Below, in pieces: positions 1-12,687 of a stretch of 64,000 nt of DNA. The stretch comes from Octopus sinensis (Eukaryota): assembly GCF_006345805.1 (NCBI RefSeq), contig NC_043017.1, forward strand, positions 6,200,001-6,264,000. Reading direction: 5' to 3'. The notes under the pieces were generated by a model. That model did not search any database, had not been told where the DNA came from, and was given only the letters and a program-made list of their open reading frames with translations. Both the position numbers and the translations under genes were made by a program. Every line of letters begins with the position of its first letter. Positions within the stretch are counted from its first letter, which is position 1.

Positions 1-712
1 CATGACCATAATCCTCCACCTCTTCTTTTTTCCTTCTCTTTATCCTCTTCATCTTCCCCCTGCCGTTGATCATCATCATCATATCATCATCATCATTGCT
101 ACTGTCAATGTCATAACCATCAGCAGTGGTTTCCTCAAGATCATCGCCATCACCACCACCACTTTAATTCTCCTCCTTCTCCTCCTCCACCATCACCATC
201 TCTGGGCATCATCACCATTATCATCATCATCATCATCATCATCACCATCATTGCTGTCAGTGTCTAAGCCATAACCATCACCAGTGACTTCAATGAAATC
301 ATCATCGTCATTGCTGTCAATGTCAAAACTGTAACCATCATCATCATCATCATCATCATATTCATCATCTGCAGCAACAGTGCAATAAAATTGCCCGTAT
401 CATCATCATCATCATCATGTTCGTTGCTGTCAGTGTCAAACCCATTACCATCACCTATGGTTTTATCATCATCATCATCATCATCGTTGTTAGTTTTGAA
501 AGAATCGCCATCAATGCTACCACCCTTACGACTACTGCCTCTATTATTATCATCATTGTGATCATCATCATTCTCATACTCATCAATGCCACATCGACCA
601 GTTACCATTGTCATCATCATCATCATCATCATCAATATGACCAGCATCTACATTTTTCATCTCTACTACTACTACTACTACTACTACTAATAATAATAAT
701 AATAATAATAAT
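1..712. repeat. (ATC/CAT)n low-complexity block; related (GAT/GGT/ACC) blocks at ~24890-25700, 31550-31800, 57690-58100, 59700-60040
   Basis: Direct reading. Confidence 0.9.
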
Positions 713-2844
713 GAGGGGCTTTATTCAGGGACCTTTAGAGCAGGAGGGGGCTACCCAACTTGTAGAAAATTCTAACTGGGCCCCACCTGGAAGGTCAAGT
801 GCTGTTTATCTTGATATAAGATCACCAGGTTATGCACACATGGTTGTGATGCATGTGCCTGGTGTACCCTTATCAGATGGGTAGTCATGAAGGGTATACT
901 GGGCTTTGTATATTTTACCCCAGTGTCACTTTGATGGCATGCGCTGCTCTCTCACTCAATAATGATAATAATAATAAAAAAATAATAATGATAATAATTT
1001 TTATAATAATAATGATGACGTTAATTATAATAATTATGTTTTCATTTATTTGCCACAAGGGTGAAGGATGAGGTGGTGGAGAATACAAAGGGAGACATAA
1101 AGTGTGGGGGTTTACATATAATGGAATGATAAAAGAAAGGAAATAAAAAAGGAATGAAAGTATACACGATATACACTGAAAAAGAAGGGACATGTGGTTA
1201 GAAAACAAAAAGGGGCAGAGGGGATAATAGGGATGTGGCCTTCCTGATACAGGAAGACCTCTAGGGACAGTCGAGGAACCCCACTGTCTGAGATTTCCCT
1301 GAAACACCCAGAGCAAGTGCCCTCTCCAATTCCTTCTCTCTGACTCACAGATCTACACTTAGAGAGCTACCATCCACTCTTGCCGTTTTCACAAGTTTCA
1401 CCCAACTTTCAATAAATTCACTCAAGGACAGCACTTACCTCTCCACTGTATCAATTTCCTTTTCAAGTGAAATTTGAAGAAGCCAATGGGAACCCTACCA
1501 AAGAGGAATGTATCTGTTCTCATGCATTTCAGCCTTGTCCATCAAACAACCTCTTTCACCACAGCCACCAAGCAAAGGAAAACTTCCTTGCCTGTCCAAC
1601 TGAAGAAGGGCAGCAGTGCAATCATCGCTACAGACTTGGCTAACAGATGGATCTGTCCCACATGTGAACAGCAGCTGTTTGACATAAACACACAAGTCAG
1701 CAATGCCTGGACACTGAATGAGGGCACACAGAATGGTTTCATCACTCTACATGCACCTCAGACAAGCACATCTGTAGAGTTTATCTTGAACCAGTAGTGC
1801 CCCCTGATGGCACTGCCAAACCAAGGACACCTGGAAATTATCCATGATAGTTCCCAACTGGACAGTCCTCCAGAAGACTAGCCTGTTTGTCCTCGTCATT
1901 GCCCAGAGTCTCCCTGAGAACATCGTCGCACTTCCCCGCCCCTAATTCTCAATAAATTTCTAAAGCGGAATATCCACTGATGCCATTGTCTGACTGGTAA
2001 AGGGCTGTGAGTGCTTGATGATATTCTAGGTGCCAGGCACCAATTCCAGCATTTTCTTCACCCAGAACTGCAGCTCCATGAAGGAGACAAGCTGCAAGAA
2101 GACAAGCCTCACAGACGGAGCCCACACGTGCTCACCATCCAGAAAGCACTGCAGGTGCATAACCTAAGAGCGTATCTGTGCACTAGGAGCCACAGCATAC
2201 CTAATTCACCACCGAGAGGATGCTGACAACAGACTGACTGCCTGACCATTGGAATGCATCCCTTCCACAAAAGTTTAAACAAGGGACACTCCAGCCTGGT
2301 CAGGCAGTAACTGGGACCAGGCATGATGGTCAGGTGATGAAATGATAGTTATAATTGTTATAATAATGATGATGCCCATAATAATAATGATAATAATAAT
2401 CATTGTAATAATGATGATGACGATGACAATAATAATAACGATGATGATGGTGGTGGTGATGATGATAATAATAACAATAATAATAATAATCTTATTTGCC
2501 AGTTTTGTACCATGAAATTGACTTTCAGAAACACTACTTTTCCATTTAATATTGACAAGAAATGTAAAATACATAAATGGAAATATATACCCCACCACAC
2601 ACACAAGCACACACACACACACACAAACAAACGCACACACACACACAAACAAACGCACACACACACACATCCCAGCTAACACTAGAATATTCACATTTGA
2701 TCATACGCATATAGATATTCGTAGATGCACGTACCCACATAGATAAAAATCAATGCATACACATACAAGCGGACACATACATTCATACATGCAAATACAC
2801 ATTTGTCTGCAGTCATTTATATATACATACAACAAACAGTTGGT

Positions 2845-4340
2845 TTAACTCTTTAGTGCTTAAACCAGCCATGTCCAGCCCAAATATTCTACCCGTTTTA
2901 GGTTTAAACTGGCCAGATCCTGTCTCCTAGACACACTCACCCTGTCATTTGATAGAATAATCTGAATGCTAAGGGTTAACCTTTGTGAGGGTGCATGGCT
3001 CAGGGGTTAGGAAATTTGGCTAATGAGCATAAGGTTGTGAGTTCAATTCCCAGCTATGCCTTGTTTCCTTGAGCAAGATGCTTTATTTCATGTTGCTCCT
3101 GTCCATTTATCTGGCTAAAATGAGTTGTACCTGTGATTCAAAGGGCCAGCCTTGTCACTTCCTGTGTCATGCTAAATCTCCCTGTGAACTACATTAAGGG
3201 TATGCATGTCTATGGAGTACTCAAACAGGTCAGATCTTATCTCTCACACCTATTCTATCATTTGATACAATAATCTGAATGCTAAGTGTTAACCTTTAAA
3301 GCATCCATATTAGGCTTAAATATTCTATCAGTTTTATGTTAAGCTGTCCAGGTTTGGCCTCTTACACTTACTCTGCAATATTATTCTGAAAATAAACATC
3401 ATTGAAATCTCAAAACTGGGATAATGCATGATTAATTCAAAACATTATGAATAAGTAATACATTTGACAGAATAATGTGAAAACTGAAGGGTTAACATTT
3501 AATGCAGTTAAGCTCAAATATTTTACCCATCTTTTGTTAAACTGTCCATATCAGGCCTCTTGCACCTACCCCAAGCATTGCATTTGACAAAATCGTTTGA
3601 ATACTGAAGGGTTAACATTTAACACTTTTGTGTTCAGCTCAAATATTTTATCCATCTTTTATTAAACTGCTAGGATCAGGCCTCTCACACCTACCCCAAA
3701 CATTACAAATCGATCAAGTCATCTGAATGCTTAAGGGTTAACATTTAATGCAGCCATGTTAAGTCCAAATATTTTACCCATTTTTTTGTTAAAATGTTCA
3801 AATCTAGTCTCTCACAACAATCTTACAAAGTCATCCTAAAAATAAACAATTGCATCATTGAAATCTTGAAGCTCCGAGATAATGCATGCTTAATTCAAAA
3901 CAATGTGAATAAATAAGCATTACATTCGATAAACTAATCTGTATGCTAATGGGTTAACATCTTAGGCAGCCATATTATGCTGAAGTATTCTCCTTGTTTT
4001 ACGTTAAACTGTGTTCAGACCTGGCTTCTCATTTCAAACTATAACACAATTTTAAAAATAAACAATTGCTTCAAAAAAATCTCAAAGCTACAAGATAATG
4101 CATGATTAATTCAAAACGATGTAAAAAAAATTAGGCATTATATTAGAGTAGCGTTTTTTAAACTTTTTTTTCATTCATGACCCCATTTTTCATTGAGATT
4201 TTTCGTAACCCCTGGTATTAAATATGCATTTGTGAAATAATATATAAACTGAAATTCAAATGTTTGAATCTAATTTTCGTGACTCATAGTTTTAGAAGTT
4301 CTGTAATAGAGAGAGTAAACTGAATGCTAAAGGATTAACA
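2845..4340 (+). repeat. Tandem array of TTAA-joined piggyBac-like MITE units (~120-290 bp each)
   Basis: About 6 units each ending AATGCTAA(A)GGG-TTAA and restarting C(C/A)TTTA; interrupted by a SINE and a hAT MITE. A further partial unit lies at ~4660-5130. Confidence 0.7.
4149..4303. mobile_element. hAT/Charlie-type MITE inserted in a piggyBac-like MITE
   Basis: 8-bp TSD TATTAGAG/TAATAGAG (NTCTAGAN-like); degenerate TIRs TAGCGTTTTTTAAACT / CAGAACTTCTAAAACT. Confidence 0.6.
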
Positions 4341-5159
4341 TTTAAAGTAGTTATATTCATCATCATCATCATCATCGTTTAATGTCTGTTTACCATGCTG
4401 GCATGGGTTGGATGGTCTGACCAGTATCTGGGAAGCCAGGAAGCTGCACCAAGCTCCAGTCTGATCTGGCAGTGTTTCTACAGCTGGATGCCCTTCCTAA
4501 TGCCAGCCACTCTGTGAGTGTAGTGGGTGCTTTTTACGTGTCTCCGGCACAAGTGCCTGGGGAGGCTGGAAATGACCACAATCAGTTGGTGCTTTCTATG
4601 TGCCACTGGCACTGAAGCCGGTCAAGGTGGCGCTGGCATCAGCCATGTTTGGATGTAGGCTCAAATATTTTGTTTTATGTTAAACTGTTCATATCTGACT
4701 TGTCACACCTAGTGGCAGATTACCCAGGTGGCCAGCTTGCCCGATGGCAAGTGGGCCCCTGTGCCATTAGAATCCATATATGGGAACCCATGTTAGTATC
4801 TAAGGGGCCCATCTCCTCAAGTTTGAGAATTTTTTATTCACTCCTGGAAGAATGCATTAATTATTTCAGCCTGGCTGTGTTTGTAGACAGTTGAAAAGAA
4901 TACTTTTAACAAATAAATAAATAGATAAATAAATGATAGCATTTGTAGTTGTGGGTGGACCCCCTAAGTCTCCTGGCAACCAATATTTTTAGACTCAGAC
5001 TGCCACTTGTCACACCTACCCTACAATGTCATTTTAAAATAAACAATCAGATTATTGAAATCTCAGGATTAATTCAAGACCATGTGAATGAAGGATTACA
5101 ATTGTCAGAATAATCTGAACACCAAAGGATTAAGCATACATATGTCGTTTATCTTTAAT

Positions 5160-5810
5160 CATTTATTTGTTTCCGTCATTAGACTGCAGCCATGCTGGAG
5201 CACCACCTCGAGCAGTTTGTTTTAGTCTTAAGTCTGTTACTTATTCCATTGGTCTCTTTTGTCAAAGGGCTAAATTGCTGTGACAAAAACACACCAACAC
5301 CGGTTATCAAGTGGTGGTGACAGACAAATACAAAGACACACACACACAATGGGCTTCTCTCAGTTTCTGCCTATCAAATCCACCCACAAGGCTTTGGTTG
5401 GCCTGAAGCTATAGTAGAAGAAACTTGCCCAAGGTGCCATGCAGTGGGACTGAACTTGAACCCATGTGGTTGGGAAGAAAACTTCTTATTACTTTATTGC
5501 CCACAAGTGACCCACCTCACTCTAAAAGTTCATGTCATTCTTATTTCTTTTTATTTCTTTATTGCCCACAAGGGGCTAAACATAGAGGGGACAAACAAGG
5601 ACAGACAAAGGGATTAAGTCAATTACATCGACCCCAGTGCGTAACTGGTACTTAATTGATCGACCCCGAAAGGATGAAAGGCAAAGTCGACCTCGGCGGA
5701 ATTTGAACTCAGAATGTAAAGACAGACAAAATACCGATAAGCATTTCGCCCGGCATGCTAACATTGCTGCCACCTTAAAGCAAGCTTCTTACCACACTGC
5801 CATGCCTGCA
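5160..5810 (-). mobile_element. SINE-A copy with a nested SINE-B (5489-5777) bounded by a 14-bp TSD
   Basis: TSD AAGAAAACTTCTTA (5475-5488) / AAGCAAGCTTCTTA (5778-5791). Confidence 0.75.
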
Positions 5811-6497
5811 TGTATTCGAAACCAAACACACATAAACTGGATCACACATACCCCTGTGATGGATCTTGCTTCACTTTCAGTGATGCCTATTCCAGTTGTT
5901 TGATAAAAGCATGTGGCTTAGTGGTTAGAGGGTTGGGCTGCTTACTGTTGATATTGCCATGGGCTCGATTCCGGAAACAGGCAGCATTTTACGTCCTTAA
6001 ACAAGATACTTCTTTTCACATTGCTCCAATCTACTCAGCTCTAATGAGTACCAGCTGGGTGTTGGTGCAACCCTCTCCCTCCCGTCCTCCCTCTCTGTCT
6101 GTCTTTCTCTACCTCTCTCCCTTTCTCTCTCTCTCTCTCGTTAGGAGGTTGTGTTTAGGGAAGGCATCTGGCTATAAAATACAGCCTCTCAAAATCCTAT
6201 CCAACCGATGCCAAAATGGAAATGTGAACAAAAAAAAAATGATAGTGAAATTGGTGGTGTTGATGAAACTGACACAGAAACATGAATTAAATTGTAACCT
6301 ATGATAATTGTATTAAATTAAATAATAAAATATATTTACCATAAGCTAAAGTTTAAAAAATTAGAATTTTAATTTACTACTAATAATAACATAAAGTAAT
6401 AATAATATGAATAGTTATTAAGTACCAAGGAAGCACTGGGGTCAATGGTAATCAACTAGTCCCCTCCCCAGAAATTTGAGGCCTTGTGCCTCCAGTA

Positions 6498-6912
6498 CTC
6501 TTTACTCTTTTACTCTTTTACTTGTTTCAGTCATTTGACTGTGGCCATGCTGGGGCACCGCCTTTAGTCGAGCAAATCGACCCCGGGACTTATTCTTTTT
6601 AAGCCCAGTACTTATTCTATCGGTCTCTTATGCCGAACCGCTAAGTGACGGGGACATAAACACACCAGCATCGGTTGTCAAGCAATGCTAGGGGGACAAA
6701 CACAGACACACCAATACACACATGCATATATATATATATATACATATATACGACGGGCTTCTTTCAGTTTTCGTCTACCAAATCCACTCACAAGGCATTG
6801 GTCAGCCCGGGGCTATAGCAGAAGACACTTGCCCAAGATGTCATGCAGTGGGACTGAACCCGGAACCATGTGGTTGGTTAGCAAGCTACTTACCACACAG
6901 CCACTCCTGCAC
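6498..6912 (-). mobile_element. SINE family A copy
   Basis: Reverse complement of the family A sequence at 41666-42054. Confidence 0.85.
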
Positions 6913-7713
6913 CAGTAGAAAGGATTATTATTATTATCATTGTTGTTGTTGTTGTCAATATCAAGCTGGCAAGCTGGTAGAATTATTGCAGTGCTGAACA
7001 AGATGTTTAGTAGCATTTCTTCCATCTTTACATTCTGAGTTCAAACCTCACTGAGGGCAAATTTGCCTTTCAACCTTTCAGGGTCGGTAAAATAAGATAC
7101 CAATTAATCACTGGTATTGATCTAGCTCTTTCCCTCCAAATTGCTGGCCTTACACCAAAATTTGAAACCACCACCATCATCATCATCATCATCATCATCA
7201 TTATAATTATTCGTCATTATTATTAAAGGAATAACAATAATTTCAAAGAGGCAAAGAATACGGAAACCACTTGTTAAAACGTGTTCCTTGTCATTCATTT
7301 CAATTCAGATTTCTCCACCTTTTTCCCATTTCCTTTCTTCCTTCTTTCTTTCTTGGTCTGCCTTTTCAATATTGATCCAAATTCTGCCTCCTCCTACATC
7401 TCCGCCCATCGTCATTCCTGCGACGCACCTTCTCCACACACCTACACATCTCTTCCTTTCGTTCATTCGGTCTCTGTCTCTGTTATTTTCTCTGATTTCT
7501 GTTTAGACGGTGATGATAATAATAATACTAATAGTAATAGTAACAACAATAATAATAATAATAATGAAAATAATAAAAATAATGAATATTAATATGAAAT
7601 TATATATATATATATATGTGTGTATATATATAATATATATAGGTATGCACATATGCATGATTGACTAAAACATGTGTTCAGATATCTGTGTATGTAACTA
7701 CGTATTCATGTGT

Positions 7714-7752
<39 letters not shown>

Positions 7753-7869
7753 TACATATATATATGTGTGTGTATATATATATATATATACACACACACA
7801 TACATGTGAGCATATATATATAGGAATATATATGTATGTGAGCATATATATATAAGAATATAAATACAT

Positions 7870-8294
7870 ATATAAAGACTCATGGTGCGTCGCTTGCTTA
7901 CCAACCACATTGTTCTGGGTTCAGTCTCACTGCGTGGCACCTTGGGCAAGTGTCTTCTACTATAGCCTCAGGCTGACCAAAGCCTTGTAAGTGGATTTGG
8001 TAAATGGAAACTGAAAGGAAACCGTCATATATATATATGGATGTGTATATATATATATGGTTAACCATATATATATGGTTAATGAATGGTGTTGTTTTGA
8101 CACATCTAGCATCGATCCCTCATTGGTGGGATACTTAACAACTGGTTGAAATGATTGCAGTGATTAATAAAAACTCTCGTATCTTCCATCTTCTGTCTGT
8201 CATTAACCAGACACACAATGAACACTGTGGAAGTGACCAAGCTTTACCAGTAAGCTACCAGGTATAAACCATTCATTTTAGTACCTATCCAATA

Positions 8295-8333
<39 letters not shown>

Positions 8334-8510
8334 AATGTTTACGTCCCTGTAACTTAGTGGTTCAGCAAAGGGGATGATAGATTAAGTACCAGACTTTAAG
8401 AAAAGAATTAAATGCTGGAGTTGATTTATTCAACTAGAAATTCTTCGAAGCAGTGCCCCAACATGGGCGTAGTCTTATGACTGAATAAAGCAAAAGATAC
8501 AAGATTGATA
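7870..8510 (+). mobile_element. SINE family A copy split by an insertion in its linker
   Basis: 5' half ~7870-8030, 3' half ~8300-8510. Confidence 0.7.
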
Positions 8511-8949
8511 CTAAGTTTTTTTTCTTAGAACAAAATAAACGGACAAACAACGTCCAAACTCGATCTATTCACAGGACAGTGAAGATTTCTATGATGGACT
8601 CCCCTGTCAAAGATGATGTATGAGTGATCAACTTCTTTGCCAAACGACTTACACAAATGATTTGTTTATAGTGATCAAATGTATGAGCCATACATTAGTT
8701 CACTCCCTCTATCAAAACAATGTTGCATGATCAGGGTAGCTTATTCCATGCCTTCAGTAATTCTGATCATGAAAAAATGTTTCTAAAAGTCATGGGTACT
8801 GTGTTGCTTTCTTTTTTAATTTTTGTAAGCATATCCACCTGTGTTAGACCCATGGTGTCTGAACCCAGAACATGGTGACTGAACCCGGAACCATGTGGTT
8901 GGTAAGCAATCTCCTTACCATGCAGTCACACCTGCACCTATGTATATTA

Positions 8950-9200
8950 AAGCAAAGAAATTAAAGTCTCGTCGTAGAGTGACCAATAGTTTTTCACATC
9001 TACAAAAGCCACAGCTCTGTGGACAGCTTCTCAGATTCCTATATTCTGATGAGGCGTCCACAAACCTGTGGCTTTCAAGGATGTGAAACCGTTGGTCACT
9101 TTATGGCCAGACTTTAACTTTAGTGATTTAATACTTTACTGCTCTATACTTTAAAGTGGCCTTATTTGAATATATGGTACATCAGCGGTATATCTACACT
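8950..9200. mobile_element. Asymmetric palindromic element with two head-to-head hammerhead-like copies
   Basis: Arms 8958-9035 and 9045-9120 are diverged reverse complements. Right arm reads CUGAUGA G GCGUCC..GGAUGU GAAA CC-GUU-GG UC|. Confidence 0.6.
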
Positions 9201-9221
9201 CATACATACATAATACATGCA

Positions 9222-9259
<38 letters not shown>

Positions 9260-9263
9260 TATG

Positions 9264-9299
<36 letters not shown>

Positions 9300-10104
9300 T
9301 ATGTATGTATATATGTATATATGAACACTCACCAACTGAAGCACATACTTACGAGCCACAGGAACTCTCTTATTTCAAAAGGTCTGTCAGTTTGTTAACA
9401 ACCAGCTTGAATTCCATACTCGCACACAACGCATAAATGTCATTAGATTTTAATCAAAATAAAACATACATCATACCAGAAGTATTAAATATTAAACACT
9501 AGTGATAAGTACCAACGTCGTAGCAGCAACAGCAGCAGTGGTTGTAACGGTAGGTGGCAGTGATATAATGTTATTGATAGTAGGAACTTGTGAAGCAATG
9601 TAGTAGCCATACACACACACATGTGTGCATATATATCCTCATCCATCACCCTCTTGTACTGTCTTATATTCCTCCCCACCACCACAAACTCAATACCACT
9701 ATAAAGTGGTCAAAACTCCTCACACAGGAACTTAGTTTGATTTGAAAACCCCACTACAATGGGAGAAAGCGCTAATACATGATCTAAGTTATATGATATA
9801 TAAAAAATGTAATATACAAATAAATATCTGTAAATATAAACCATCCGATTTTCTGAGTACCTCATTTCTTCTAATATATATATATATATATAGGGAGTGT
9901 ATATGAATATATATATATATATATATTCATATATATTCTTTTAGTCTTTTACTTGTTTCAGTCATTTGACTGCAGCCATGCTGGAACAATGCCTTTACTT
10001 GAACAAATCGACCCTAGGATTTATTCTTTATAAGCCTAGTACTTATTCTATCTGTCCCTTTTTGCCAAACTGCTACTTTACAGGGACATAAACACACCAA
10101 TGAT

Positions 10105-10275
10105 TGCATTGTTCAATTAAATGCAATCACTTGATACGGTCGTGCTGCATCACCTCTGGATATCCTGTTGCTTATTTTGATTTTGATCACATTTTTTGAA
10201 ACCGTACACATAATTCCACACTAATTTTTGGTGCCTCAACATAAGTACCTAATTCATCTGAATCTCAATTATTTT
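10105..10275 (+). mobile_element. Truncated sister copy of the 15815-16080 hammerhead element
   Basis: Shared segments such as ggatatcc(t)tgttgcttattttgatt and ggtgcct..aa..taagtacc..attca.ctgaatct; retains the 3' half of the ribozyme (GATAC GGTC GTG CTGCAT). Confidence 0.7.
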
Positions 10276-10299
10276 GCTTATATATACATATATATATAT

Positions 10300-10630
10300 T
10301 TCATTTTTGGATTTGGTTTGCAAGATTCTTTATATGAGTTTGTGTGTTGAAGCATATTCTGTTGTGTCTGGGGAGAGTCATTTTCTTTTTGTGCCTCATA
10401 ATATAACACACACACACCAGTAAAATTTCCACTTTTTTCTTATTTTTATTTTCCTAAAATTTTCCTTGTGTCTTGCAAACTTTTCAATAGTTTTGACTCT
10501 CTATTGAAAAGGTTGCAAGATGCAACGAAAATTTTAGGAAAATAAAAATAAGAAAACAGCAGAAATTTTACTGGTGAGTTTGTTATATTATAAGGCACAA
10601 AAAGAAAATGACTCTCCCCAGACACAACAG
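10300..10630. mobile_element. Asymmetric palindromic element (~130-bp arms) inserted in (TA)n
   Basis: 10359-10490 is the near reverse complement of 10501-10630, with 10-nt spacer TTTTGACTCT; TA runs flank both sides. Confidence 0.8.
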
Positions 10631-11389
10631 TATATATATATGTATGACTGGCTTCTTTCAGATTCTCTCCACCAAATCCACTGACAAGGCTTTGGTTGGT
10701 CTGAGGCTACTATAGAAGATGCTTGCCAAAGGTGCCATACAGTGGGATTGAACATGGAACCATATGGTTGAGAGGCATGCTTCTTACCACACAGCCATGC
10801 ATGCACTTAGAATAAAGCCCTGAGAGAAATAGGATATGATACATATCATAAGTCACGAAAATTTTATCTTTGAACATCAAACGCTGAAGATGTTGCAGTT
10901 GGATTATTCAGGAAGCCAAGTGACATTGAATGCAAAAGCTGCATTCACATTCTTTGGCCTGAAGAACCCACATTTATGACAGTTCCATTGTATCATGGTT
11001 ATTCCTTATTTTCCATTATTCTCACAGAATATCTAGAATTTATGGCAGACTTAGAAGAAATATGAATGAGGCATCAGTGTTTAAGCGAAACACAAAAACA
11101 ATCAAGTATCATTAATCAACTCAATCACATCAATCACAAATACAAACATCATTTTGATTCCAAGTTTCCCCACCGCGCGACACACACACACACACACACC
11201 GTCCCTCACAGTTCTTTTCCTTCCACACCCTTCTCTTCCTCCATCCACCTCTCTCCCTCATCTGCCCCCTATCTATCTCTGGCTCTTCCCTCTCTCCTTT
11301 ACCTCCCTATTGTTCCTCTTCTCTCCATTCTCTCTCCCTCTTTCTCCCTTTTTTTCTATATTATATCTCTGTGTGTGTATGTGTGTGAG

Positions 11390-11403
11390 AATGCATGTGA
11401 ATA

Positions 11404-11438
<35 letters not shown>

Positions 11439-11654
11439 ATATGTATGTATATATTCATGTATGTAAATATGATGATAAATATATAAGTGTGTGTGTGCAT
11501 TTATGTAAGAGTGTATGTATATATGTGTAAATACACATTCTGAAAACTGTACACAAATAGTATATATCTATGTATATGTGAGCATACAGCCATATATGAA
11601 TATATAACACATACGTGCATAAATACATAAAAAAGATATGTGTGTGTATATATA

Positions 11655-11695
<41 letters not shown>

Positions 11696-11718
11696 GTATG
11701 TAATATATGTATAATGTA

Positions 11719-11757
<39 letters not shown>

Positions 11758-11765
11758 ATGTATGA

Positions 11766-11833
<68 letters not shown>

Positions 11834-11845
11834 TATGTATGTATG

Positions 11846-11895
<50 letters not shown>

Positions 11896-12176
11896 GTGTT
11901 ATTGCCTGCCTTTGTGAACAATAGCCTCATTGGAAATTTATGCTGGAAGAGAGTTCAATGAGCCAATCACTTGTTCATTGTGAGCGTGTATATATATATA
12001 TATATATGCATGCATACATATGTATGTATATATGTGTGTATATACATGCACTTATATATGTATGCATATGTATGTAAGTACATATATATTTGAGTATGTG
12101 TATCTAAGTGTATGCATGTACATACATACATACACGCATACATAAAAACATACATACATACATACATACATACATG

Positions 12177-12218
<42 letters not shown>

Positions 12219-12480
12219 GCGCATGTAAAATGTTTCATACTGTTTGAACTAAATAATGCCACTCCAAAACCTAAAATTATTTTACTTGCGTAGCGATATC
12301 AAAGATACACACACATACACACACATGTACTTAAATACACACACACACACAAATGTGTGCACTCAAGATGTATGCATTTACACACACCCATACATACACA
12401 CACACATGTATTCACAACTACTTATGCTCACACACACACACACACATGCAGAAATACTCATACACATGCATGTGCAGACA
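11390..12480. repeat. Compound (TA)n/(TATG)n/(CA)n block; similar blocks at ~14130-14720, 16700-17420, 20330-20790, 23960-24430, 25940-26720, 46230-46700, 52020-52600, 54860-55500, 60220-60660
   Basis: Direct reading. Confidence 0.95.
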
Positions 12481-12687
12481 CATACAGACACATACACAAA
12501 TTTACATATTTATTGTGAAACAGTCTGATATTTTCACACTTTTAGACGTGTTCACTTATAATGTATCTTCTATCTTTTACATGGTTTCAGTCATTAGATT
12601 GCGACCAGGCTGGGGCACTGCCTTCAGAAATTTTAGTTGAATGAATTGACCCTGGTACTTATATTTTTAAAGCCTGGTTCTTATTCT

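Larger units (their letters stand above)
9940..10805 (-). mobile_element. SINE family A copy split by two insertions in its linker
   Basis: 3' half 9940-10100, 5' half 10632-10805; the hammerhead fragment and the palindrome lie between them. Confidence 0.7.
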
